DNA from: a virus
Lineage: Duplodnaviria > Heunggongvirae > Uroviricota > Caudoviricetes
IMG/VR virus record: IMGVR_UViG_2563366958_000018
Length of the DNA stretch: 52,177 bases
Direction: 5' to 3' (one strand)
This document shows, piece by piece, positions 1-9,010 of the stretch. The notes under the pieces were generated by a model, which was given only the letters and a program-made list of their open reading frames with translations, made no database searches and was not told the origin of the DNA. Each line of letters opens with the position of its first letter. Position 1 is the stretch's first letter. The translations under genes and the position numbers were made by a program.

Positions 1-3000
1 ATGCCTGTCGACTTTCTAACCTCTGACCAAAAACAGAATTACGGTTGTTATGCTGCAGAACCTAATGACGTGCAACTGGCGCGCTATTTTCATCTTGATG
101 AACGGGATCTGGCCTTCATTAACCAACGACGGGGCAAACATAATAGGCTGGGCATTGCGCTTCAGCTCACCACAGCCCGTTTTCTGGGAACATTTCTGAC
201 GGATTTAACTCAGGTTCTGCCTGGTGTTCAACATTTTGTCGCGGTACAGCTTAATATCCACCGTCCAGAAGTTCTCTCCCGCTATGCTGAACGGGACACT
301 ACCCTTAGAGAACATACTGCATTAATTAAGGAATATTACGGCTATCATGAATTTGGTGATTTTCCATGGTCTTTCCGCCTGAAGCGTCTGCTATATACCC
401 GGGCGTGGCTCAGTAATGAGCGACCGGGTCTGATGTTTGATTTTGCCACTGCATGGTTGCTTCAAAATAAGGTATTACTGCCCGGAGCAACCACACTAGT
501 ACGTCTCATCAGTGAAATTCGTGAAAGGGCAAATCAGCGGCTGTGGAAAAAGCTGGCCGCACTGCCGAACAAATGGCAGGCAGCTCAAGTGATGGAGCTT
601 CTGGTCATTCCGGAAGGTCAGCGTGTATCAGCACTGGAACAGTTGAAAAAAGGCCCTGTTACAGTCAGTGGACCTGCGTTTAATGAGGCGCTGGAACGAT
701 ATATCCGATTACGAAGTCTTGAGTTTTCCCGACTGAACTTTTCCGGTCTGCCTGCCATTCAACTGCGTAATCTGGCTCGTTATGCTGGCATGGCGTCGGT
801 AAAATATATCGCTCGAATGCCACAGCAGAGAAAGCTTGCTGCACTTACTGCATTCGTTAAAGCACAGGAAATAACGGCATTAGACGATGCCGTTGATGTG
901 CTTGATATGCTAATTCTGGACATTATCCGCGAAGCAAAGAAAACCGGGCAAAAAAAAAGACTCAGGACACTGAAAGATCTTGATCAGGCCGCATTGTTAC
1001 TGGCGCGGGCATGTGCATTGTTGCTGGATGATAATACAGATGTCCCAGATCTCAGGCAGGTTATCTTCAAGTGCGTACCCAAAAACAGACTGGCAGAATC
1101 TGTAAGCAAGGTTAATGAACTTGCTCGTCCACAGAACAATAATTTCCATGACGAAATGGTTGAGCAGTACGGTCGGGTTAAACGTTTTCTTCCGGCGGTG
1201 TTGCGGGACCTGCATTTCCGTGCGGCACCGGCAGGTGAACATGTACTGGCTGCGATTCATTATCTGGCAGAACTGAATGGTTCGAAAAAGCGCATCCTTG
1301 ATGATGCGCCTGAACATATTATCACCGGTCCCTGGAAACGCCTCGTATACGATGCGGAGGGACGGATACAGCGTGCAGGTTATTCACTATGTTTGCTGGA
1401 ACGCCTTCAGGATGCACTGCGCCGCCGGGACATCTGGCTTGAAAACAGTGATCGCTGGGGAGATCCTCGCGAGAAGTTGTTGCAAGGTGAAGAGTGGCAG
1501 ACTCAGCGTATTCCTGTCTGTCGGGCACTGGGACATCCTGTCGATGGACGTAAAGGTGTGCAACAACTGGCTATTCAGCTGGATGAGACCTGGAAAGCCG
1601 TGGCATCACGATTTGAAAAGAATGCGGAAGTTCATATCTGTAATGAAGGTAAATATCCATCCCTGACTATCAGTTGTCTGGAGAAACAGGAAGAGCCACC
1701 ATCATTGCTTCGTCTAAATAATCGGATCAAACAGCTACTCCCACCGGTAGATTTAACGGAACTGTTACTTGAGATAGATGCCCAGACAGGATTTACACAT
1801 GAGTTTGCGCATGTCAGTGAATCTGGTGCTCGAGCGCAAGATTTGCACATCAGTTTATGTGCGGTATTGATGGCTGAAGCCTGTAATATCGGACTGGAGC
1901 CGCTGATAAAGCACAATATACCAGCACTGACCCGCCATCGGCTCAGTTGGGTGAAACAGAATTACCTTCGTGCAGAAACGCTGGTCAGCGCCAATGCCCG
2001 CCTGGTTGATTTTCAGTCCACACTGGAGCTTGCTGGTCGTTGGGGAGGTGGAGAAGTGGCATCAGCTGACGGCATGCGCTTTGTCACACCAGTGAAGACC
2101 ATCAACTCAGGATCTAACAGAAAATATTTTGGTTCTGGACGAGGCATCACCTGGTATAACTTCGTATCTGATCAGTACTCTGGGTTCCATGGCATTGTGG
2201 TACCCGGTACATTACGGGATTCGATTTTTGTACTGGAAGGACTTCTTGAGCAGCAGACAGGGCTGAATCCAGTTGAAATCATGACAGACACTGCGGGTAG
2301 CAGCGATATTATTTTCGGTCTGTTCTGGCTACTGGGGTATCAGTTTTCCCCCCGGCTTGCCGATGCAGGTGAGGCGGTGTTCTGGCGGGTGAATAAATCG
2401 GCAAACTACGGAGTACTGGATAAGTTGGCCCGAGGATATGCAGATCTGTCAAAAGCGGAGAGTCAGTGGGATGAGATGATGCGAACCGCTGGTTCGCTGA
2501 AGTTGGGTACAATTCATGCGTCAGAACTCATTCGCTCTTTACTGAAAAGCTCGCGCCCATCAGGACTGGCACAGGCAATTATGGAAGTAGGGCGTGTAAA
2601 CAAAACGCTATATCTCCTCAATTATATTGATGATGAAGATTATCGTCGGCGGATCCTGACGCAGCTTAATCGAGGAGAAGGCCGCCACGCTGTGGCTCGT
2701 GCGATTTGTTACGGACAACGCGGAGAGATCAGAAAGCGTTATCGTGAAGGGCAGGAAGATCAACTGGGGGCGCTGGGCCTGGTTACTAATGCAGTGGTTC
2801 TGTGGAACACGCTCTATATGGAGGAAGCGTTGAGCTGGATGCGCCGTAATGGCGAAGAAATTATAGATGAAGATATCGCTCGGCTATCTCCCCTGATGCA
2901 CGGGCATATCAATATGTTGGGCCATTATACATTCACGTTGCCAGAGGATATTTTAAAAGGGGAACTGAGAGCTCTAAATTTAAATATAAACAACGAATTA

Positions 3001-3009
3001 TCTCCTTAA
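1..3009 (+). CDS. tnpA: Tn3-family transposase TnpA (Tn1000/gamma-delta-like), 1002 aa
   Basis: Full-length ORF starting MPVDFLT; conserved Tn3-family TnpA blocks (RPGLMFD, GGGEVASADGMRFV, LSPLMHGHINMLGHY); stop codon lies inside the terminal IR as in Tn3-family elements. Confidence 0.9.
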   Translation: MPVDFLTSDQKQNYGCYAAEPNDVQLARYFHLDERDLAFINQRRGKHNRLGIALQLTTARFLGTFLTDLTQVLPGVQHFVAVQLNIHRPEVLSRYAERDTTLREHTALIKEYYGYHEFGDFPWSFRLKRLLYTRAWLSNERPGLMFDFATAWLLQNKVLLPGATTLVRLISEIRERANQRLWKKLAALPNKWQAAQVMELLVIPEGQRVSALEQLKKGPVTVSGPAFNEALERYIRLRSLEFSRLNFSGLPAIQLRNLARYAGMASVKYIARMPQQRKLAALTAFVKAQEITALDDAVDVLDMLILDIIREAKKTGQKKRLRTLKDLDQAALLLARACALLLDDNTDVPDLRQVIFKCVPKNRLAESVSKVNELARPQNNNFHDEMVEQYGRVKRFLPAVLRDLHFRAAPAGEHVLAAIHYLAELNGSKKRILDDAPEHIITGPWKRLVYDAEGRIQRAGYSLCLLERLQDALRRRDIWLENSDRWGDPREKLLQGEEWQTQRIPVCRALGHPVDGRKGVQQLAIQLDETWKAVASRFEKNAEVHICNEGKYPSLTISCLEKQEEPPSLLRLNNRIKQLLPPVDLTELLLEIDAQTGFTHEFAHVSESGARAQDLHISLCAVLMAEACNIGLEPLIKHNIPALTRHRLSWVKQNYLRAETLVSANARLVDFQSTLELAGRWGGGEVASADGMRFVTPVKTINSGSNRKYFGSGRGITWYNFVSDQYSGFHGIVVPGTLRDSIFVLEGLLEQQTGLNPVEIMTDTAGSSDIIFGLFWLLGYQFSPRLADAGEAVFWRVNKSANYGVLDKLARGYADLSKAESQWDEMMRTAGSLKLGTIHASELIRSLLKSSRPSGLAQAIMEVGRVNKTLYLLNYIDDEDYRRRILTQLNRGEGRHAVARAICYGQRGEIRKRYREGQEDQLGALGLVTNAVVLWNTLYMEEALSWMRRNGEEIIDEDIARLSPLMHGHINMLGHYTFTLPEDILKGELRALNLNINNELSP

Positions 3010-3042
3010 CGTACGTTTTCGTTCCATTGGCCCTCAAACCCC
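3005..3042. repeat. 38-bp Tn3-family terminal inverted repeat (Tn1000-like)
   Basis: CTTAACGTACGTTTTCGTTCCATTGGCCCTCAAACCCC is the reverse complement of a GGGGTTTGAGGGCCAATGGAACGAAAACGTACGTTAAG-type IR; overlaps the tnpA stop. Confidence 0.85.
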
Positions 3043-3843
3043 GATCTTTACGAGGTTGACGTAATAGTCATGGGGTAAGTTTGTCATGGTGATAGTTCCC
3101 TTAAAGGTTAAGGATACTCACCACCGTCTGGTTCCAATCATTGGGTGGTGAGACGTACAGGGTTGGAACTACCGGTCACCATGGAATCCGGCGAGTCTTA
3201 CGACTCCCCCGCACGCCCCACCATAATTTGGGTGTAGCAGTGCTTTACGCATAAAAAAACCGCTAACGCGGTATGCGCCATGATGATTATCGGGGTTCCA
3301 ATCCCGACCGTAGATTTTGCTACGGCTCGGAAAGTGTCCACCAATGGCGCATTCATGTCAATACGGCGGGATTTTAACAGAGACAACCACATAGCGTGGG
3401 TTTATTGGTAGGCAGAAACAAAAAAACCGCCCTATTGAGGACGGTTCTTTCGTGCTGATCGGATTCGCGGTCCTTTCAGCATAACGTCGTTGTATAAACA
3501 ACCACGCAAGCACAAGCAGCAAGTTAATTTTACCCAAAAGGTAATAATAGTCCACTATTATGCTTCAAAAAATTGTGGTTCTTGTTGTGCCTGCAAACTC
3601 ACAGATTGTGGGTAGGTTACTGATTTTGTGAAAATAAACGAGTTTTTTCGTTTAATTTCTTTCCTATTACTAATCTTAAAATAATCGTAAAATACCTGTG
3701 GACCTTCCCGCCGATTCGCACCCGGGCACCGACTTTAGGGGAGGATTCTCCGTTGCCGTACATGCAAGCACAAGCAGCCGTGCTTGCTCTCGCGTTGTTT
3801 TCGTCGGTGGGGATGCCGTGAAACGGCCTGTAAGGGCCATACA

Positions 3844-3966
3844 ATGAAAAAATACTGTATGTGTATTTTTATCGTTGTTACTGGGGCTTTGTTTACGCCA
3901 CATGGGGAGGGTTGGAAGATTACTGATAACGCTCTGAATGTGACGATAAACATTAGCAGCAAGTAG
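3844..3966 (+). CDS. Small hydrophobic ORF (40 aa, MKKYCMCIFIVVTGALF...), hypothetical
   Basis: ATG with weak upstream purine tract; single hydrophobic segment; followed directly by a strong hairpin plus T-run. Confidence 0.2.
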   Translation: MKKYCMCIFIVVTGALFTPHGEGWKITDNALNVTINISSK

Positions 3967-3971
3967 CGATT

Positions 3972-3995
3972 AGGCCCCTTCGGGGGCCTTTTTTA
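3972..3995 (+). terminator. Rho-independent terminator
   Basis: AGGCCCC-TTCG-GGGGCCT stem followed by TTTTTT. Confidence 0.5.
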
Positions 3996-4004
3996 TGGTT
4001 GAAT

Positions 4005-4154
4005 TTAAACGCTGGAGCGCATTAAGCCTTTCAGAACTGCTTCACGTACCCATTCTGGCCTGGTGGATAGCAGGGCAAATAAGCGACCAGCTTTCAGCCG
4101 TTTGAGGTCGGTTAGACGAGTTTTCAGTAACCGTGTATATTGTTGCTCGGACAT
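4005..4154 (-). CDS. Small basic hypothetical protein (49 aa, MSEQQYTRLLKTRL...)
   Basis: ORF with strong RBS (AAGGGGA-N7-ATG) downstream of the partition operon. Confidence 0.35.
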   Translation of the reverse strand: MSEQQYTRLLKTRLTDLKRLKAGRLFALLSTRPEWVREAVLKGLMRSSV

Positions 4155-4216
4155 AACAAATTCCCCTTGTTGTGTCGCGACGGCCAACAGTTGGCGCTGG
4201 AGGCCGTCACCTTCTC

Positions 4217-4465
4217 TTACTTCTGGTTGTATTGAGCCTTGAGTAACTCAAAAGATTTTGTCAGCACTTCTTTCAATGACATATCCATTGAGCTGGCGAA
4301 CGTTTTGTACTCGCGTTTAAATTCAGGGTCGACGTTAAACGCCATTTGTGCCCCACCTGATTTGGTTCTGGTTGGCGTTTCAGTCGGGTCGAAAACCTGC
4401 GGTTGTTCGATCGATGGCGGTACGCCTTTGCTGTTCTTCTTTGGTGGTTTTGATGGTCCGGCCAT
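4217..4465 (-). CDS. ParG-like ribbon-helix-helix centromere-binding partition protein
   Basis: 82 aa, disordered basic N-terminus and C-terminal RHH-like segment (MAFNVDPEFKREYKTFASSMDMSLKEVLTKSFELLKAQ); directly downstream of ParA-like ATPase; strong RBS. Confidence 0.55.
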   Translation of the reverse strand: MAGPSKPPKKNSKGVPPSIEQPQVFDPTETPTRTKSGGAQMAFNVDPEFKREYKTFASSMDMSLKEVLTKSFELLKAQYNQK

Positions 4466-4477
4466 GTGTATCCCCTC

Positions 4478-4508
4478 TTATATAAATCTATAAAACTATA
4501 ATTATATA
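4478..4508. repeat. AT-rich palindromic repeat block (TATAAATCTATA / TATAATTATATA) between the two partition genes
   Basis: Same motif family as at 5187-5287 and five other intergenic sites. Confidence 0.5.
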
Positions 4509-5177
4509 TTACGCGGCAGTAGTCAGAGCCTCAAGCTGGTTGATAATCCCCTGAATAACGTCGTCTGCCTTTTTGCGTGGCGCAACGTATGAGCATTCAA
4601 TGAGGCTTAAGCCCTTATCCTGAGCTTTGCTCAGAGCTGGCTTGTGGGGAATGTACTTATCGACAACAAAGTATGGCGTATTAGCTAGGTACTCTTGGGC
4701 TTCAATGTAGTCGGCTTCGTTTTCAGCCGCGCCTGAGAACACCATGCAAATTTTCTTGATTGGCACACCCTTTTTAACGATGCCGTGAGCTGTGTTAACG
4801 GTGGTTTCTAGGTCATCGGTAGAGAATCTGGTTGGCAAAATAACCATATCCAGAAATTCAGAGAGCTTCGGTACTGATTCAGATGCGTAGGCACCGCCAT
4901 CGACGATAACCAGGTCGTATACTTCTGATTCGATGATTTTCTGGACTTGTGATGGCGTGCCGCACGGCTGCGCCGCGATTGCAGGTTCGATATTGTTGGC
5001 CATTCTGCGTTGTACCCAACGCGTTACCGTTCCGTTAAGCACATCCATATCGATCAGGCATACATTCCAGCCGGCCTTTGCATAAGCAACTGCTAAAGCA
5101 CGGGCAATTGTTGATTTGGTTACGCCGCCTTTTCCGTTGAAAATACCTACAGAGATAGTCATTTGTCGAGACTCCAT
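4509..5177 (-). CDS. ParA/ParF-type partition ATPase (small ParA)
   Basis: Deviant Walker A (GIFNGKGGVTKST) near N-terminus, 222 aa; alternative start at 5162 (MTISV...) has the better RBS. Confidence 0.85.
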   Translation of the reverse strand: MESRQMTISVGIFNGKGGVTKSTIARALAVAYAKAGWNVCLIDMDVLNGTVTRWVQRRMANNIEPAIAAQPCGTPSQVQKIIESEVYDLVIVDGGAYASESVPKLSEFLDMVILPTRFSTDDLETTVNTAHGIVKKGVPIKKICMVFSGAAENEADYIEAQEYLANTPYFVVDKYIPHKPALSKAQDKGLSLIECSYVAPRKKADDVIQGIINQLEALTTAA

Positions 5178-5186
5178 GTGTTTGGT

Positions 5187-5287
5187 TATATAATTCTATA
5201 AATCTATATTTATAGAACGAGGTAAGCATAACCAACTTTTTGGCGGATGAAAAGCGTTTTATATAATTATATAAATCTATAATCATG
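5187..5287. promoter_or_regulatory. Candidate centromere/operator region upstream of the partition operon (two AT-rich palindromic repeat blocks)
   Basis: TTATATAATTCTATAAATCTATATTTATAGA (5187-5217) and TTTATATAATTATATAAATCTATAATCATG (5258-5287) immediately upstream of the ParA start. Confidence 0.45.
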
Positions 5288-5312
5288 TAAGCGGGCGTTA
5301 GCCCGCTTTCAG

Positions 5313-5687
5313 TCAGAGGTCAGCTATCGTTGATATCAGTTGATTTGCTAGCTGTCGCTGTTTACGTGAGAGGGTGAGAGCAGCTTCTGAGCGGTCGCTA
5401 AGAGGGGTGTTTTCATCAAGAATCATGAGGCATACAGAAATAATAGCCCTGTTATATGCCATCAATGGCTGGCACAGCTTCGATATCGCTGGCACATCGT
5501 ATTGTAAGGCCGTTTTGAGGCAGACTTTTTGTTCTGATGCCAGATGAAGGATAGATTCTATCCAGTCGATATCTTTCTCATTATCAATGATTTGGCATAA
5601 CATACACTCAATCGCTATGTTCAACGCTTGGATTTCGATTCCAGCAGTGATCAGAGTTTCGTTTTTATTGGCTGTATGTAATTCCAT
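5313..5687 (-). CDS. Hypothetical protein (124 aa), first leftward gene downstream of cI
   Basis: ORF preceded by a CI-type operator palindrome at 5723-5737. Confidence 0.45.
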   Translation of the reverse strand: MELHTANKNETLITAGIEIQALNIAIECMLCQIIDNEKDIDWIESILHLASEQKVCLKTALQYDVPAISKLCQPLMAYNRAIISVCLMILDENTPLSDRSEAALTLSRKQRQLANQLISTIADL

Positions 5688-5722
5688 GCGTAGCCTCTTT
5701 TATACTTTTACATGTTGTCAAA

Positions 5723-5737
5723 ACCACAAAATGTGGT
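5723..5737. promoter_or_regulatory. CI-type operator (ACCAC-AAAAT-GTGGT), OL-like
   Basis: Perfect 5+5 inverted repeat matching the operator consensus seen in the cI-cro intergenic region. Confidence 0.5.
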
Positions 5738-5779
5738 TTTTTTGAGCGTAGAAATGCACGGCTTTCGCCGTGCTGTGTA

Positions 5780-6436
5780 TCATAACCAGTTGACAACACT
5801 AACTACGCGGCCAAGAACTTTATAACGCTTAAATTCCTCGTTATTCAGATGCTTAGTGTTCATTTCAGCATCCCTTTCGGTTGACAGCATAACAGCATTG
5901 TCACCCGGTATGACTCTACAGTGCCTCAAAACAACCAGGCCATTTCTGTCTTCAAGGGCATAGATCCCCTCATGAATCTCTGTATCGTCTGTATTAATCA
6001 GGACTTGGGAGCCTGGGGATATTGTTGGTGACATTAACTCATCGTTGCTCTGGAGAACTGACAGAGACGATGGGTTGATGTTCTTGCTTCGTAGAATCTC
6101 CTGTTCTATCGCCAGCACTGGCTTTTCTCCGGCGTGCGATGCTATGTCATTTTTTATAGCTACAAGCCCAGGAATAACAGGAGCGTTAGTATTCTGGGGT
6201 GGGAACGGGTTATCTGTTAAGCACGCGATATAAGGCGCTGATGCTTTCAGGGCGTGCGCGATTTTCTTGATGGCAGGTATAGATGGTTGTCTTAATCCGG
6301 CCTCATAGTTCTGCAAGGTGCTTAAGCCTATTCCAGTGACTTGCTGGAGATCTCCGGCAGTCATGCCGGATTGTTTCCGTAGAGTCTGAATGCGCAGACC
6401 TATTTCTTTCTTGATGTTCTCGTCGTTGCTTTTCAT
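5780..6436 (-). CDS. cI: CI-like phage repressor (XRE-type HTH + S24/LexA-like autopeptidase domain)
   Basis: N-terminal HTH (LRKQSGMTAGDLQQVTGIGLSTLQNYEAG), Ala-Gly cleavage-site candidate, Ser (LMSPT) and Lys (KVLGRV) of the S24 dyad; divergent from the Cro-like gene. Confidence 0.85.
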   Translation of the reverse strand: MKSNDENIKKEIGLRIQTLRKQSGMTAGDLQQVTGIGLSTLQNYEAGLRQPSIPAIKKIAHALKASAPYIACLTDNPFPPQNTNAPVIPGLVAIKNDIASHAGEKPVLAIEQEILRSKNINPSSLSVLQSNDELMSPTISPGSQVLINTDDTEIHEGIYALEDRNGLVVLRHCRVIPGDNAVMLSTERDAEMNTKHLNNEEFKRYKVLGRVVSVVNWL

Positions 6437-6473
6437 GTCTCATCAATCGTGAATGGTGGGTTATTTATACATT

Positions 6474-6591
6474 ACCACATTTAGTGGTTTTCACATGGTA
6501 AGACGAGAGGTGGACCACAAATAGAAGGTTATTTTTTGTTTCGCCCATTGAAAAACTCACGATATGTGGTTTTAATACCACATATCGTGGT
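6474..6591. promoter_or_regulatory. OR-like operator region: three ACCAC-N5-GTGGT palindromes between cI and the Cro-like gene
   Basis: ACCACATTTAGTGGT (6474-6488), CTCACGATATGTGGT (6556-6570), ACCACATATCGTGGT (6577-6591). Confidence 0.6.
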
Positions 6592-6610
6592 TTTAACTGG
6601 AGTTCGTTAA

Positions 6611-7105
6611 ATGACCTTTCAGGAGTGGGTTGACGAAAATGGAGGCCAAATTGGTGTTGCCAGAAAGTTTGGCTTTACGTCATCACTGATTGGTGCCTGG
6701 TATCGCTTCGAGAGATTCCCTCGTGCGGATAACCTGACGCTGCTGGTGGCGTATTCGGAAGGCCGGATTAACGTCCAGCAATGGGCGGCAGATTTTGCCG
6801 AACGTCAGCGCCAGCGTAGCGATGGCACATCGGTTCGGCAGAACAAGATCAAAGGGAATCTCCCTGTTAACTGCTTATCAAGGCTGAAAGCGGTTTTCTC
6901 TGAGCTGGGGATGCCTGCGGAGCGTTGCAATCTACGCGGTCCGCGATTCATTGCTCGCTGGAAACACTCACATGTAACCGTTTCAGAGGTTCGTGATGCG
7001 ATTACCGTGCTGGAGCTTAAGAATAAAGATTCCAGCGATATCGAGCTGATTCATAAGGAGATTAGCAACGCCCGGCGTTCAGCACTTGGGAGGCTTGAGG
7101 AATGA
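6611..7105 (+). CDS. Cro-like HTH regulator (N-terminal HTH, 164 aa)
   Basis: Divergent from cI across the operator region; HTH-like segment GGQIGVARKFGFTSSLIGAWY. Confidence 0.5.
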   Translation: MTFQEWVDENGGQIGVARKFGFTSSLIGAWYRFERFPRADNLTLLVAYSEGRINVQQWAADFAERQRQRSDGTSVRQNKIKGNLPVNCLSRLKAVFSELGMPAERCNLRGPRFIARWKHSHVTVSEVRDAITVLELKNKDSSDIELIHKEISNARRSALGRLEE

Positions 7106-7617
7106 TGATTCTGGCCTTCTTTGGTGATAATCACCAGATTCAATCGCAGGTGGTGCACTACCTTGATCAAACGATTAAAGGATTTGTTATCGATCATATT
7201 GATAACGATAGCAAACGTCTATCTGTAGAGCAGAAAATTGGAGGTGTGCAGCGACTGGTTGCCAGCCGTAACAGACGTGACACCGTAACAGTCGTTACGG
7301 GGATTACGGAGGTCATGGAGTACCAGATGTTGCTGCATCGTGGAGCTGTTTTCTGCGTTCTTCCTGGTATTCTGCCAGCAATTCTTGCTCGTGGTTTTGT
7401 CCCTATTGATGAGTCGTTCTTATATGTAACCCCAAGCCGTTCCCTTCTGGATACGGAGGCGAAGCGTCGCATTTATATGATGCCGGACGAGGCATTTTCT
7501 GAATGTTACCGCCGTGAAATGAGGTTGGGTAAACGAGAAGTGTCTGTTGTTCGTGATGGCAGGTTTTTAAGAAGCCGCACGGTGAAAAGCACCAGAAATG
7601 ACGGGGGCCATCAATGA
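7102..7617 (+). CDS. Hypothetical early protein (171 aa)
   Basis: Overlapping start/stop with neighbours, same operon as the Cro-like gene. Confidence 0.45.
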   Translation: MMILAFFGDNHQIQSQVVHYLDQTIKGFVIDHIDNDSKRLSVEQKIGGVQRLVASRNRRDTVTVVTGITEVMEYQMLLHRGAVFCVLPGILPAILARGFVPIDESFLYVTPSRSLLDTEAKRRIYMMPDEAFSECYRREMRLGKREVSVVRDGRFLRSRTVKSTRNDGGHQ

Positions 7618-7847
7618 GTAGTTATGTTCGCGGTGCTGCGATGCATTGCCAGAATCCCCAATTCTGGCGCTTTCTGGTCAGTAAAACAGGGAAGAACGTT
7701 TCAAACAGTTCTGAGGCCTCTGTGATTCTGCGTGAGTTTTGCGGGATCTCATCCCGTAAAGAGCTGGCAAAGAACTACGCGGCCAGAAGCATGTATGTCC
7801 AGTTAATCAACGAGTTCAACCTCTTTATCAATGGTAAGGGGCGCTGA
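7614..7847 (+). CDS. Hypothetical early protein (77 aa)
   Basis: Translationally coupled ORF. Confidence 0.4.
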   Translation: MSSYVRGAAMHCQNPQFWRFLVSKTGKNVSNSSEASVILREFCGISSRKELAKNYAARSMYVQLINEFNLFINGKGR

Positions 7848-8251
7848 TGAACGGACGTACACCAACGAAGAAAGAGAAACTTTATATACAAGCGGTGCTC
7901 ACTCACGTGGGTTGCATAGCTTGCATTATTGATGGCCGTGAAATTGAGAATCCAGAGCTGTGGACGGAGCTACATCACGATCCTGATTACGGCAGCGTTG
8001 ATGAGAATTGCCACTTCCATAGCTTTGGGTTGTGCGCACCACATCATCGCGGTGTTGTGCCTGGTGGTGGGCGTGTGCCTCCGCATATTGCCGTTCGTCA
8101 CCCTCCCCTGAGTAATTGTGCTCGCTTTGTTGAGCGTTATGGCACAGATGAATTTTTGTGTGCGCAGACGTGGGAGCTGTTGCCGCAGTCAGTTAAAGAC
8201 GAAATTGGGTTTGATCTTAGTCTTGGTGAAGTACCAGGGGATACCAAATGA
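7847..8251 (+). CDS. HNH-motif zinc-binding nuclease-like protein (nin-region type)
   Basis: CxxC ... HH ... N ... H ... C ... HH arrangement (CIAC, ELHHDPD, DENCHFH, CAPHH). Confidence 0.4.
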   Translation: MNGRTPTKKEKLYIQAVLTHVGCIACIIDGREIENPELWTELHHDPDYGSVDENCHFHSFGLCAPHHRGVVPGGGRVPPHIAVRHPPLSNCARFVERYGTDEFLCAQTWELLPQSVKDEIGFDLSLGEVPGDTK

Positions 8252-8580
8252 GATATACCGGCTTTCGCAAACCAGCGACAAGGAAAAGCAAATACGGCAA
8301 TAAAAAAACGGTTGTCGATGATATCGCTTTTGATAGCAAAAAAGAGGCTGATTACTACTGCGAACTGAAGCTACTGAGAAAAGCTGGCCGCGTTGTGACG
8401 TTTCTTATGCAGGTGCCTTTTCATCTGCCAGGTGGTGTCGTTTATAAACTTGATTTCATGGTGTTTTATGACGATGGGACGATTGATTGTGTCGACACTA
8501 AAGGTGTGCGAACAGACGTCTACATCATGAAGAAAAAGCAGGTAGAGGCGCTTTATCCCGTCACGATACGGGAGATCTGA
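8248..8580 (+). CDS. DUF1064-like phage protein
   Basis: YGNKKT and FDSKKEA motifs typical of DUF1064 as recalled. Confidence 0.55.
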   Translation: MRYTGFRKPATRKSKYGNKKTVVDDIAFDSKKEADYYCELKLLRKAGRVVTFLMQVPFHLPGGVVYKLDFMVFYDDGTIDCVDTKGVRTDVYIMKKKQVEALYPVTIREI

Positions 8581-8583
8581 ACA

Positions 8584-8961
8584 GTGAGACGCGATCTGGA
8601 TAGCTTGTTTGAGCTATGGGCGCTGTGGGTGCGCAATGGCTGCAACGCCCGTAGCGGTTTCGCGTCGATGTTAGAAATGATGATGGTTACGCGCTGCCAG
8701 TTTACCGGAGGGGGCGGCGCACCAAATGACTCACTGGAAACCAGTATAGAGGGAGCGGTGACGGCCCTCACGGTAGTTGATGAGACTGCGGCGCTGGTTG
8801 TCCGAATTGAATACGGGGCGTGGGAGATTCGGGGCCTCGACATAAATGCACCGCATATTGATAAAGCCCACGCCCTTTCTCTTAGCCTCAGACAGTATCG
8901 CCGGAAGCTGGCAAAAGCCAGGGCGTATGTTGTCGACTATTTGAAAAAGCGAAGAGAGTAA
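8584..8961 (+). CDS. Possible Q-like late antiterminator (short Q family)
   Basis: 125 aa, GTG start, position after nin-like genes and N-terminal pattern (LFELWALW) reminiscent of short Q proteins; weak. Confidence 0.35.
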   Translation: MRRDLDSLFELWALWVRNGCNARSGFASMLEMMMVTRCQFTGGGGAPNDSLETSIEGAVTALTVVDETAALVVRIEYGAWEIRGLDINAPHIDKAHALSLSLRQYRRKLAKARAYVVDYLKKRRE

Positions 8962-9010
8962 AAGTGTCATTTTGAGCTGTTTTGATGGTGTGTAGACATC
9001 GGGAACATCG

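Larger units (their letters stand above)
1..3042 (+). mobile_element. Right-hand part of a Tn1000-like (Tn3-family) transposon; element continues left of the window
   Basis: tnpA followed immediately by a 38-bp Tn3-family terminal inverted repeat. Confidence 0.8.

Noticed and set aside
1-3. Whether tnpA is truncated at the window edge
   Set aside because: The ORF begins with ATG at position 1 and the N-terminus MPVDFLT matches the canonical Tn3-family TnpA start, so the CDS appears complete; only the rest of the transposon is off-window.
997-2512. Several minus- and plus-strand ORFs of 60-130 codons inside tnpA (997-1317, 1277-1666, 1322-1528, 1632-1916, 2309-2512)
   Set aside because: They lie entirely within the well-supported transposase frame and have no RBS or homology features; treated as frame-shadow ORFs.
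4478-5287. Possibility that the AT-rich repeated palindromes form a CRISPR array
   Set aside because: Repeats are irregular in length and spacing, include inverted orientations, are dispersed over 45 kb and lack unique spacers or nearby cas genes.
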